Positions 25,851 through 34,666 of a DNA stretch of 64,000 nucleotides are shown one piece after another. The stretch's first letter is position 1, and the number at the start of each line of letters is the position of its first letter. The translations under genes were made by a program, and so were the position numbers. Origin of the DNA: an uncultured Candidatus Saccharibacteria bacterium (GTDB lineage Bacteria; Patescibacteriota; Doudnabacteria; UBA920; 2-01-FULL-46-14); contig CAZMCQ010000001.1 in NCBI GenBank assembly GCA_964565195.1, positions 61,153 to 125,152 of the forward strand, read 5' to 3'. The notes beneath the pieces are model-generated. The model was not told the origin of the DNA. It saw only the letters and a list, made by a program, of their open reading frames with translations, and did no database searches.

Positions 25851-26465
25851 CTACTCTAATTGCCTAATCACGCCGACGACGCGGCCCTGCACAGTCCACT
25901 CGTCCTCGGGATAAATGTTCTGGTACTTCGGGTTTTCAGGTTTGAGATAGCACCGGCCGTGAATTTCGATAAATCTTTTCACCGTGGCTTCGTCGTGCAA
26001 AAGCGCCACGACAATATCATTGTTGCGCACATTGCGCGTCGGCCTGACAATCACCAGATCGCCGTCCAAAATGCCCGCGCCAATCATACTATCCCCCCGC
26101 ACCTTCAATAAAAATACATCCTTGCGATCCCGCACGAGCGATTGCGGCAGGTTGATCCACTCCTCCACATGTTGCTCAACAACCACTGGCCCGCCGGCCG
26201 GCACTCTCCCCAAAAGCGGCACGCTCCACATCCCGGCCTGAATCGCATTGCCAAACTCGTCAAAAACCTCAATGCCGCGCGCCGTGCCATCGCGGCGGAG
26301 CAACCGTTCTTCTTCCAGCGAGCGCAAAATCTTGGCCACGGCATTTTTGGACCGGACTCTGATCGCCCGCGCCATTTCCGAAATAGTCGGGGGCAATCCT
26401 TTATCAATAATTTGCCCTTTAATAAAATCGTATAATTGTTTTTTCCTGGGGTTAATCTTTTTCAT
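25851..26465 (-). CDS. lexA: SOS repressor LexA
   Basis: PPTISEM HTH, GRVPAG cleavage site, GDSM (Ser) and ATVKR (Lys). Confidence 0.95.
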   Translation of the reverse strand: MKKINPRKKQLYDFIKGQIIDKGLPPTISEMARAIRVRSKNAVAKILRSLEEERLLRRDGTARGIEVFDEFGNAIQAGMWSVPLLGRVPAGGPVVVEQHVEEWINLPQSLVRDRKDVFLLKVRGDSMIGAGILDGDLVIVRPTRNVRNNDIVVALLHDEATVKRFIEIHGRCYLKPENPKYQNIYPEDEWTVQGRVVGVIRQLE

Positions 26466-26471
26466 ATCTCT

Positions 26472-26500
26472 ATAGTAAACGCTCGTTCACCATTTGTCAA
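26472..26500 (-). promoter_or_regulatory. Leaderless lexA promoter with putative SOS box
   Basis: TTGACA-N17-TACTAT with +1 on the ATG. GTGAAC-N4-GTTTAC (26490-26475) lies in the spacer and overlaps the -10. Confidence 0.78.
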
Positions 26501-26530
26501 CCCCGTTAGAAATGGCCATTTCTAACGGGG
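26501..26530. repeat. Perfect 30-bp palindrome
   Basis: CCCCGTTAGAAATGGCCATTTCTAACGGGG, with TCAA on both sides. Confidence 0.85.
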
Positions 26531-26554
26531 TCAAATCCACTTGTCCACATCAAA

Positions 26555-26584
26555 AAAATTCCCCCGAATTTTCGGGGGAATTTT
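26555..26584. terminator. Intrinsic terminator after the acidic peptide
   Basis: AAAATTCCCCCGAA-TT-TTCGGGGGAATTTT. Confidence 0.8.
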
Positions 26585-26598
26585 ATTATCCTTTAAGC

Positions 26599-26730
26599 TT
26601 AAGCTTGGGCCTCGCCCGCATCATCACCCTCGCCCGAGTCCTTGTCGTCATCTCCGCCGTTGCCATTATCACCTTCACCGCCAGGCATACCCGGCTGCTG
26701 CGGCATATCCTGCATATAGAGATCGCTCAT
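26599..26730 (-). CDS. 43-aa acidic Gly/Asp-rich peptide (not in ORF track)
   Basis: MSDLYMQDMPQQPGMPGGEGDNGNGGDDDKDSGEGDDAGEAQA; SD AGGAG; promoter TTGACA-N17-TATAGT at 26795-26767. Confidence 0.75.
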   Translation of the reverse strand: MSDLYMQDMPQQPGMPGGEGDNGNGGDDDKDSGEGDDAGEAQA

Positions 26731-26801
26731 TTAAAGTTTTCTCCTATGGTTAATGAAACTCCCCTAACTATAAAAGTCAGCAATAATGTTGTCAAATTTT
26801 A

Positions 26802-27062
26802 TCACTTCCGGCTGATGAGAAACCGCAAAAGCTCCAAAAGCTGCGACCAGATATTTTTGAGAATTGGCACGCTCGCCGGCAACAGCACCACGAGCAGCAC
26901 GAGATAAACAAACTGTTTGCGCAAAACCTTGTAAACTCCCAAAACCAAAAGCAGGGCCAGCGCCAGCGAGATGACCCAGTGCACATTTTCCGGAAAATAA
27001 CTCAAGAACTGGTTATAGATATCGTAAATTGGCGAAAGCGAGAAATTTCCAAAATTGGCCAT
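26802..27062 (-). CDS. Small membrane protein
   Basis: Two hydrophobic segments; abuts the stop of the upstream gene. Confidence 0.7.
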   Translation of the reverse strand: MANFGNFSLSPIYDIYNQFLSYFPENVHWVISLALALLLVLGVYKVLRKQFVYLVLLVVLLPASVPILKNIWSQLLELLRFLISRK

Positions 27063-27620
27063 TTACTTTTTAAGACTGTTAAAGACCACGACGTGGCGGT
27101 TATCGATCACGTCGCGAACGAGGCGGTCGCTCATCGTGCGGCGAAAGTCATATTCCTCCGGATCCATAATAACATAGTTTATTTCCTGCCCGATGAGCTT
27201 TTCAATCTCGGCTATAATTTTGGCGATCCTGGACCGCCGGAGATCGTCCCCGACGAGCAGCAGGTCAACCGGCAAATGCGGCTCACCGGTAAAAATTCCT
27301 GACAATACCGCCAGCCGGATACGATCAATTCTGCGCAACAGCTGGCTGACCTGATCGCGCGGTTCCGGCTTTTCGCCCGCCACCAGATCCTGAAGCTCGT
27401 CATAAAGCGGAAAATAACTGTTGATCTGGAAAAACCGTTTGCCCCGGCGCGTGGCAAGGCGCAGCGCCTCGCCGCGCGCCAGTTCGCGTAAAACCCTGGC
27501 GAGGTTGCGCGCGCCGGTCGCGGCGCGCAGTTCACCCAAGGTAAAACTGCGCGCCGGAAATTTGAAAAAGATATTGAGCAGGCGCTGTTTGGCCTTGGAA
27601 TTGGTGAGCGACTCCAACAT
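27063..27620 (-). CDS. wHTH plus degenerate nucleotidyltransferase-fold protein
   Basis: N-terminal HTH-like region; LSGIF...VDLLLVGD...EINYVIM. Confidence 0.7.
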   Translation of the reverse strand: MLESLTNSKAKQRLLNIFFKFPARSFTLGELRAATGARNLARVLRELARGEALRLATRRGKRFFQINSYFPLYDELQDLVAGEKPEPRDQVSQLLRRIDRIRLAVLSGIFTGEPHLPVDLLLVGDDLRRSRIAKIIAEIEKLIGQEINYVIMDPEEYDFRRTMSDRLVRDVIDNRHVVVFNSLKK

Positions 27621-27679
27621 GCTTAAAATCTTATCACACCAAATTGACTTGTGCCAGTCCGCGCTTTAAGATGATACTA

Positions 27680-29617
27680 ATGAGCCCTAGCAAACTCAAA
27701 ACCGAGGTCGGGCAAATCTACCTCACCCATCCCAGGGATCACAACTACACCGCGCTTTACGAGGAGGCGCTCACGCGCGGCGGGGAAACCCTGGAACTTT
27801 TTGCCGTCCTGGAGGTGGACGAGCCGGCTGCCCTCACGCCGGCCAAACGTCTCGAATACGAGAAACTCGCCCAAATCCTCGTCCAGACGTTGAAAAAAAC
27901 TTACATCACCGCGCCGCTCCTTGACGGCGAAGCTTTTGAACGCGCCCTCGCCGCGGTCAATGCCGCTTTGGCGCGCCTCGCACGCGGCAGCCGCGCCGGC
28001 TGGCTTGCGCGCCTGCACGTGGCCCTGGCCGCGCTTCACAAAAACGAGCTTTCGGTGGCGAGCGCTGGCCAGGCCCAGGTTTTTCTGCTCCGCGGCGATG
28101 AGCTTACCGTATTGAACGAAGGCCTGTCCGAAACCAGGATCAACCCGGTCAAAATTTTCGGAAATTACGCGTCCGGCCGGCTCACCGCCGGCGACCGCGT
28201 CATGGTGAGCACGAATCAGCTTATGAACTATCTCTCCATCGAGCGTATCCGTGAGTTCCTCGCCGAAGACGAGCTCGGGGAAGCCTGCCACGAAATCATC
28301 GCCGCTCTGGCGGATGTCAAAACCGCGGGTTTTGCCACCTTTATTTTTGAGATGACCGGGCCGCGCGCGGCAAAGGTCCCGGTGGAAAGCCTGCCGGCCT
28401 GGGTGCCTTCCGAGCGAGCCAGGAGCACGGCGAAAAACCTGGCCGCCTTCGCCGGCTCACTCACGCTCTTCCTTCTGCAGCTCCTCTGGCGGGGAATAAA
28501 AAACCTCGGGGCGCTGCTTAAGCGGTCGCGGCGTAAAAAAATTCTCGTAATTGCGATTGGCGCGCTCCTGGTGCTCTTGCTCGGCAATATCACTCTGGGC
28601 GCAGTGCGCCGCTTTACCGATAACAAAAACGTCAGCGCGACCGAGGCCGCGGCCGCCATCGAACGCAGCCTGAATGACGCCGAAGCGGTACTCATCTACA
28701 ACGACGATGACCGCGCCACGACTCTCATTAGCGAAGCCGAAGGCCTCCTCCGAAATTTCCAAGGCGAACAGAAACCGGCGCTCGAGACGCGCCTTGCGGA
28801 GATAAAAAACAAGGTCAGCCGCACGACCGTGGCGGAAAATCCGACTGTCCTTACCACCTTTTCCAATATTCCGACTGACCTTGCCGCCTCCCCGCAGGGC
28901 TTTTTGGGTTTCAACCAGGACACCGGCAGCATCGCCTTTTACAATTTCACGACCGGCGAGACCAAACCCGCGCTCAAGGGCCAGAATTTGAACGATCTGG
29001 CCGCGGCGGTTTATCTCGGCCCGACCACTGGCTATGTCTTCCTGACCAAGACCGGCAAATTTTTCAAGCTGAATTTATCCGGCGATACGCTGGAGCCCTT
29101 TGGCGCGGCTGCCGCCGGCGACGACAATCTCGCGCACGGCAAGGATCTCGCGGCGCTCGGCGAAGAGAATAGCGCGCGGCTCTACGTTTTGGGCCAGACG
29201 CAAAAAGACATCTGGCGCGCAGGGGTCGCGGACGGCGTGCCGGAGCCCTCGCGAAAATGGCTGAAAGAAGACGCTGATTTTACCGGCGCGCTGAACCTCG
29301 CCGTGGACGGCAGCATTTATCTCGCCTACCCTGACCACGTGGAGAAATATTTCAACGGCGCAAAACAGAACTTTTCCCTTTCCCAGGTTTTGCCCCCGCT
29401 GCAAAACGCCGCGAAAATTTTCACCACAGCCAACCTGCAGTCGTTATATGTTCTGGATCCGGCAAGGGAGCGCATTCTCATTTTCACCAAGGCCGGCAAA
29501 CTCTCGCGGCAAATCACCTCGGACAAATTTAAAGAGCTCACCGACCTTTTCGTCGATGAGCCCAATAAGCTGCTCTACGTCCTCTCGGGCGGCGAGCTTT
29601 TAAAGATCGGGTTCTAG
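27680..29617 (+). CDS. Membrane protein with PP2C-like N-domain, TM and C-terminal beta-propeller
   Basis: AGQAQVFLLRG, GDRVMVST, a TM, then repeated beta blades (LAVDGSIY, LYVLDP). TTGACT-N17-TAAGAT favours start 27680. Confidence 0.65.
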   Translation: MSPSKLKTEVGQIYLTHPRDHNYTALYEEALTRGGETLELFAVLEVDEPAALTPAKRLEYEKLAQILVQTLKKTYITAPLLDGEAFERALAAVNAALARLARGSRAGWLARLHVALAALHKNELSVASAGQAQVFLLRGDELTVLNEGLSETRINPVKIFGNYASGRLTAGDRVMVSTNQLMNYLSIERIREFLAEDELGEACHEIIAALADVKTAGFATFIFEMTGPRAAKVPVESLPAWVPSERARSTAKNLAAFAGSLTLFLLQLLWRGIKNLGALLKRSRRKKILVIAIGALLVLLLGNITLGAVRRFTDNKNVSATEAAAAIERSLNDAEAVLIYNDDDRATTLISEAEGLLRNFQGEQKPALETRLAEIKNKVSRTTVAENPTVLTTFSNIPTDLAASPQGFLGFNQDTGSIAFYNFTTGETKPALKGQNLNDLAAAVYLGPTTGYVFLTKTGKFFKLNLSGDTLEPFGAAAAGDDNLAHGKDLAALGEENSARLYVLGQTQKDIWRAGVADGVPEPSRKWLKEDADFTGALNLAVDGSIYLAYPDHVEKYFNGAKQNFSLSQVLPPLQNAAKIFTTANLQSLYVLDPARERILIFTKAGKLSRQITSDKFKELTDLFVDEPNKLLYVLSGGELLKIGF

Positions 29618-29618
29618 G

Positions 29619-30026
29619 TTACTTCAAATTTACCTTCGCGCCAGCGTCTTCGAGCTTTTTCTGAAGCTCCAGGGCCTCGGCTTTCGGCACGTTCTCTTTG
29701 ATGGCTTTCGGCGCGCCGTCCACGAGGTCCTTGGCGTCTTTGAGGCCCTTGCCCGTGATTTCGCGGACCACTTTGATGACCGCGATCTTGTTCGGGCCGG
29801 CTTCGGCCAGTTCGATGGTGAAGTCAGTCTTTTCTTCCTCCTTCACTGAAGCTTCGGAGGACGCAGTCGTCCCGCTCATTACTGCGGGGGGCGCGGCCGA
29901 GACGCCGAATTTGCCCTCGAGCACCTTGACGAGCTCGGAGAGTTCCAGCGCGCTCAATTTCTCAATGCTCTCCACGAGACCTTGAAATTTCGCCGGAACC
30001 TCAACTGCAGTTTTTTCTTCTGCCAT
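29619..30026 (-). CDS. rplL: 50S ribosomal protein L7/L12
   Basis: EEKTDF and [24 protein letters not shown]. Confidence 0.97.
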   Translation of the reverse strand: MAEEKTAVEVPAKFQGLVESIEKLSALELSELVKVLEGKFGVSAAPPAVMSGTTASSEASVKEEEKTDFTIELAEAGPNKIAVIKVVREITGKGLKDAKDLVDGAPKAIKENVPKAEALELQKKLEDAGAKVNLK

Positions 30027-30040
30027 AATGTCCTTTCTTT

Positions 30041-30108
30041 AAATTAAAAATTCAAAATTTTTTATTTTACATTGTCATTTTCCATTTTGATATTTAATTT
30101 TTGCATTT
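30041..30108. repeat. AT-rich heptamer repeat supplying the rplJ C-terminus and stop
   Basis: Minus strand AAATGCA AAAATTA AATATCA AAATGGA AAATGACAATGTA..., followed by a T-rich inverted part. Confidence 0.55.
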
Positions 30109-30599
30109 AAGACAGTTAGAAGTCCCCGAATATTTCCAGAAAGCACTGACGCGAGCCCGCGCAAGGGCGAGGCAATGACATACACCAGCTGCCCCTGCAG
30201 TTCGAATTTTGTCGGCAAGGCGGCCAAAGCTTTAACCTCTGGGCCTCCAATAAATCTTCCATCCAAAATGCCGGCAATGATTTTCAGATGTTCGTGTTTT
30301 TTCGCGAACGTCTGCAAAGTCCTGGCTGGTGCCACTTCATCATCTTTGGAATAGCTCACGGACAGCGGCTGGCCGAAGCTGAATTTGGCCGTATCTATGC
30401 CCGCCATCTCCAGCGCGCGCTTCAAAAGCGTGAGCTTGATGACCTTGTATTTGACACTCTCGCGGCGAAGCGTGAAACGCAGTTCCTGAATGTCGCGGTT
30501 CGGCAAGCCCTGGTAATCAGAAAACACCACGGCCCGCGCGCCTTTGAGCTCGCTGGCTAACTCCTCCACGATCTGCTTTTTTTGCGCTTTGGTTAACAT
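30075..30599 (-). CDS. rplJ: 50S ribosomal protein L10
   Basis: Motifs KKQIVEEL, DYQGL, KLTLLKRAL and LAALPTK. Confidence 0.96.
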   Translation of the reverse strand: MLTKAQKKQIVEELASELKGARAVVFSDYQGLPNRDIQELRFTLRRESVKYKVIKLTLLKRALEMAGIDTAKFSFGQPLSVSYSKDDEVAPARTLQTFAKKHEHLKIIAGILDGRFIGGPEVKALAALPTKFELQGQLVYVIASPLRGLASVLSGNIRGLLTVLNAKIKYQNGK

Positions 30600-30639
30600 C
30601 TTTACGAAGTACGAATTATTACGAATACGAATGCTAATA

Positions 30640-30744
30640 AAAATCGGCCATCGCCGAAGAATTTAGATTACCTATAAGCTATATCCTAATAGCTATAAGC
30701 TAATTTACTCCTCGGCAGGTCTTATGATTGCCCGCGGTCTTTGG
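30640..30744 (-). ncRNA. L10 leader (ribosomal protein autoregulatory RNA)
   Basis: CCAAAGACCGCGGG...CCTGCCGAGG core upstream of rplJ, then a TCGGC-GATG-GCCGA-TTTTT hairpin. Confidence 0.75.
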
Positions 30745-30793
30745 AAATATTTAATTGTAACACTATAATACCGCCCCCAAATCTTTCTGTCAA

Positions 30794-31042
30794 TCACGCC
30801 AGAACCTCGTCATTTTCATGGACTTTCTGCTCCACCTTGATGCCCACTTCCTGTCCGGCTTTGGCCGCGGCCAGGGCCTGGTGCTCATACTGCAGCTCGC
30901 GGATTTCCTGCGTAAAATCATCATGCGCGCCCTTAAAATGCACCTTATCCCCAACTTTCAAGGGCTTTTGAAGCTTGACGATGGCCACGCCCAATTTGCC
31001 ATAGTAATGGGTAACCTTGCCGATCTTTTTTTCTTCCGCCAT
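30794..31042 (-). CDS. Small translation-factor-like beta-barrel protein
   Basis: IGKVTHYYGKLGVA...LKVGD...GQEVGIKV. Confidence 0.8.
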   Translation of the reverse strand: MAEEKKIGKVTHYYGKLGVAIVKLQKPLKVGDKVHFKGAHDDFTQEIRELQYEHQALAAAKAGQEVGIKVEQKVHENDEVLA

Positions 31043-31144
31043 ACTCTCTCACCTCCCTTCCTAAATATTATAGCATAAAAGCGGTCCACCAATTAAAAAG
31101 GCCCGGGAGAGAACTGAAAACGCAAGTTCTCTCCAGGCCTTTAG

Positions 31145-32848
31145 CTAAACTGCAACCTCCTTGAACGATTGCGCGACCTGCAGCAATAGTCGCGCAATCT
31201 GCGTCCCAGACGGAGTGCGGTCCTGACGGCTGTCAGCGGCAACGATCGTGTAGTTGCCCTCTTTTACAAACTCATCAAAAGACATTATTACGCCGTGACG
31301 CAAAAGCGAGTCCCTGGTTCGGCGAAAATTTTCCGCATGGAATGATCGCTCGAGTTCTTTGGTGTAAAAACGCCACACCTTTGCGCCCAGAGTCTGCCGG
31401 CGCCGATGATGCGCGCGAACTCCGCTTTGGCTCTGCCCCCAAAGGACAACGAGAATGGTTTTCGCCATATCCGCGTCAATTTCTGATCCAAAAAACTGAT
31501 CCAGAATAGACAGTTGCTGAAAAAGCAATCGCCCTTTGCGCAAATGGCGAACTGGCAGAATCGGACGGTCATTTTGTGCGTTTTCCAACGCCCTGTTGCT
31601 GTGCTCTGACCGGATCTTCTCGTTCTCGAGGCGAATCACGGCCTGAAGTTTCGCGATCCGTTCCGCCGTTGTCTGCTCCTCCATGGCTTCGCGGTAACGG
31701 TTCTGAATTTCATCGCGGGCGGTCTGAACCCGATTGAGTTTCCGGGTGTACAAAGCGATCAAACCCTCGAGACGGCGCTTCAAGTGCGACTCCATATCCG
31801 CGACCGGTAATGGAGCTACCGCCCAAGCCGCTGCCCGCATTTCCGCGCGGCGCTGCATTTCGAGCATGCGCGCTCTCTCCAAAACTTCCTGCCTAATGGC
31901 GCGAAAGGTTGTGCGATAGCGGACTTCCAACCCCGCCAAATCCGCGGTTCGAATAAATTCCAGAAACTGCGGCAGGCGGACTTCCCTTCTGACCGGTAGC
32001 GGAATTCTTTGATACTCCTCGGCAAGCTTTTGTTCCAAAAAACTCCCGTAAACGCCATAGAGTCCTGCCAGAGTAAAAAAACAAAACAGAAAAGCTGCCG
32101 GAGTAAACCACCAGCGGACGATGCGCCGAAAACTGAAGAGTCTCTCTCCAGTTGCCAGGCGCACGGCCTCGACGAAATCGGAATAAGGCGGCAAGCGCGT
32201 CTGCCACAGGCCGACGATCTCGTCGAACTGCTCGTAAAAATTCCGCTGGGGTGGCTCACTCATGGCCTGCCAGTGGAAATCCACGAACTCGCTGCGCGTG
32301 AGCCGCGCGTACAACGGAAACTTCATTATCTGCGGTCCGGCCGGTAAACGACCCAAAACCCGGGTATAATCCCCGGCACGAAACACCACAACCGGCGGCG
32401 GCACACCGTTCTGCATTACGGTGCTGCTGCCGCCATAGACGGCAAACAACAAAAGCCTGCTGTCGTCCACGAGTATAAACTCGGCGATCGTCGAGTCCAG
32501 GCGCGCTCTGGTAAAACGCGGATCGTTCGTAAGCGCCCCGCGCAGCGCTTGATGGTTTTTCTCTTCCCAGCCCGGGTCAGCCGGCGGAAAAGTCGCTCCT
32601 GTTTCACGCTCGAACTCCCCTTCGGAAAGCTCTGGCTCATACCGGAGGACGACCGGCATGCCGGTGGCGCGGTGCCACTCGGTCATCAGCTGCTGCACAA
32701 AGTAGAACTCATACTCCGGTTCGCCTGTCGCGCGTTCCGCTAAGCCCGGCCAGTAACCGAAAGCTAAACCCGCCGCTGCCGCGAGTACCCCGAAACACAA
32801 CGCCGCCAGAGAGCCCAATGCATACCACCGCAATCGTGAAAAATTCAT
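31145..32848 (-). CDS. Hypothetical membrane protein (two TMs, coiled C-terminal half)
   Basis: 567-aa ORF, SD AAGGAGG and a downstream hairpin at 31096-31142. Family not recognised. Confidence 0.6.
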   Translation of the reverse strand: MNFSRLRWYALGSLAALCFGVLAAAAGLAFGYWPGLAERATGEPEYEFYFVQQLMTEWHRATGMPVVLRYEPELSEGEFERETGATFPPADPGWEEKNHQALRGALTNDPRFTRARLDSTIAEFILVDDSRLLLFAVYGGSSTVMQNGVPPPVVVFRAGDYTRVLGRLPAGPQIMKFPLYARLTRSEFVDFHWQAMSEPPQRNFYEQFDEIVGLWQTRLPPYSDFVEAVRLATGERLFSFRRIVRWWFTPAAFLFCFFTLAGLYGVYGSFLEQKLAEEYQRIPLPVRREVRLPQFLEFIRTADLAGLEVRYRTTFRAIRQEVLERARMLEMQRRAEMRAAAWAVAPLPVADMESHLKRRLEGLIALYTRKLNRVQTARDEIQNRYREAMEEQTTAERIAKLQAVIRLENEKIRSEHSNRALENAQNDRPILPVRHLRKGRLLFQQLSILDQFFGSEIDADMAKTILVVLWGQSQSGVRAHHRRRQTLGAKVWRFYTKELERSFHAENFRRTRDSLLRHGVIMSFDEFVKEGNYTIVAADSRQDRTPSGTQIARLLLQVAQSFKEVAV

Positions 32849-32915
32849 CTCCCCCTCCTTCGCCCCTAGATATTAGGTGCCAAAAACCTGCCCCTAGTTT
32901 ATACTCTCCGGAGTT

Positions 32916-33947
32916 TTATTTCAAATACCGCGCGCGGTTGGCTTTGTGCTCCGCAAGCGTGCGGGCGAAATGCGCGACTCCCTCCTCGTCCGTGACAAAA
33001 TAAAAATAATTGGTCGCAATCGGGTTGGTCGCGGCGCGGATCGCGTCCAGCGACGGATTGGCAATAGGCCCGGGCGGCAGGCCGCGATTTTGATAAGTAT
33101 TGTAGGGCGATTTAATTTTCGTTTCTTCGAGGGTGGCGCGACTCAAGTTGCTGCCCGTAATATATGCGACTGTCGCGTCGCTCTCGAGCGGCATCTTCTC
33201 CTCCAGGCGATTGAGAAAAATTCCCGCCACGATGCGCCGCTCCTCGGCGATGCGGGCCAGTTCGGTCTCGGAAAGGCGAGTTCCCGGCTTCACGTTCCGG
33301 CCCACCTCGCGCTCCACTATAGAAGCCAATATCACGACATCGTTGAGCGTGCGATTCCGTGCTGCAATCTCCGCGCGCAGCGCCTCGTCCACCTTGCGGT
33401 CAAAGTTCGCTTTCATTTTTTTCACCACATCCTCGGGCTTCGCGTCGCGGGCGATGAAATAAGTATCCGGAAACAAATAGCCCTCGAGACTGTTTTTTTC
33501 AAGCGGCTCGCCCGTGGCGCGGTAAAATTCGCTCGCGCTCGCAACGCCCAATTTTGCCAAAGCGCCCGCGATATCCCGCAGGTTCCAGCCCTCAATCACC
33601 GTGAGCCGCACCTCGTTTGGAATCACGCGCCCCGCCGCAAGTGCGGCCGCGATCTCGCGCATGGACAGCGCGGCCGACAAATGATACGCTCCGGCCTGCA
33701 GCTTGCCGCTACTGCCCAGGAAGCGGACATACAGGCGAAACACCAGGGCATTGCTGATCAAATCCTGCTCTGCAAGCGCGGCCGCGATCTCGTGCGTGGT
33801 CTGCCCCGGGGCGATGAGAAAAGTTTTTTCCGCACCCTGGACTGAATAGGGCCGGTTAACTTTGACCGCGGCATACACCAAAAACGCCGCGCCAAAAACA
33901 AGCGCGAGGATGACGAGCCATTGAATAAGTTTTAGAGTAAAGCGCAT
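32916..33947 (-). CDS. mltG: Endolytic transglycosylase MltG
   Basis: Motifs LEGYLFPDTY, LASIVERE, LESDAT and SPYNTY...GLPPGPIANP. Confidence 0.95.
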   Translation of the reverse strand: MRFTLKLIQWLVILALVFGAAFLVYAAVKVNRPYSVQGAEKTFLIAPGQTTHEIAAALAEQDLISNALVFRLYVRFLGSSGKLQAGAYHLSAALSMREIAAALAAGRVIPNEVRLTVIEGWNLRDIAGALAKLGVASASEFYRATGEPLEKNSLEGYLFPDTYFIARDAKPEDVVKKMKANFDRKVDEALRAEIAARNRTLNDVVILASIVEREVGRNVKPGTRLSETELARIAEERRIVAGIFLNRLEEKMPLESDATVAYITGSNLSRATLEETKIKSPYNTYQNRGLPPGPIANPSLDAIRAATNPIATNYFYFVTDEEGVAHFARTLAEHKANRARYLK

Positions 33948-33957
33948 ATAAGGCAGT

Positions 33958-34575
33958 TCATTTCACAAAGGGCACGAAGGCAAAGCCGGGATAATCTTTT
34001 TCCCGGAGCTTATCCGCCGCGGTTTTTTCGATTAATTTTACTGATTGGATAAATTCCCCGCCGACCGGGATGACCATCCGCCCCGGCACTCCCAACTGCT
34101 GTTTTAAAACCCGCGGCACCGCTCGCGCCGCGGCCGAGACCAAAATCCGGTCAAACGGCGCGCGAGCGGGCAATCCTTCCCAGCCCGACTGTCTTTTTAG
34201 CTCCAAATTCGGATAATGGAACTTCTCAAAATTGGCCCTGGCGAATTCGCAAAGCTCCGGCACCACCTCCAGCGCGTAAACTTTACCCTTTGGTCCCACA
34301 ATATGCGCCAAAAGCGCGGCTGTCCAGCCACTCCCTGCGCCAATGTCCAAAATCTTCTGCCCCGGCTGCGGCTGCAGCAACTCCAGCATAAACGCCACGG
34401 TGTAGGGCTGGGAAATGGTCTGGCCTGCTCCGATCGGCAGCGGCATATCCTCGTAGGCGAGGTCCGCGTACTCGGAGGCAACGAACCGCCGCCGGTCGTT
34501 GGCGAGAAAAGCTTCAATAATCTTCGGGCTTTTTAACACCCCCAACTTTTTGAGATTGTTAACGAGCTCGCGCAT
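33958..34575 (-). CDS. pcm: Protein-L-isoaspartate O-methyltransferase
   Basis: Motifs PIGAGQTISQP, LDIGAGSGW, APFDRI and FVP. Confidence 0.95.
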   Translation of the reverse strand: MRELVNNLKKLGVLKSPKIIEAFLANDRRRFVASEYADLAYEDMPLPIGAGQTISQPYTVAFMLELLQPQPGQKILDIGAGSGWTAALLAHIVGPKGKVYALEVVPELCEFARANFEKFHYPNLELKRQSGWEGLPARAPFDRILVSAAARAVPRVLKQQLGVPGRMVIPVGGEFIQSVKLIEKTAADKLREKDYPGFAFVPFVK

Positions 34576-34666
34576 ATCTGGAGTATATCAGACCTGGACA
34601 GGACGTAAAAATTATGCTATAATGATTTTGTTAAATTACGTTACAAGAAACAAAAATTAAAACTGA

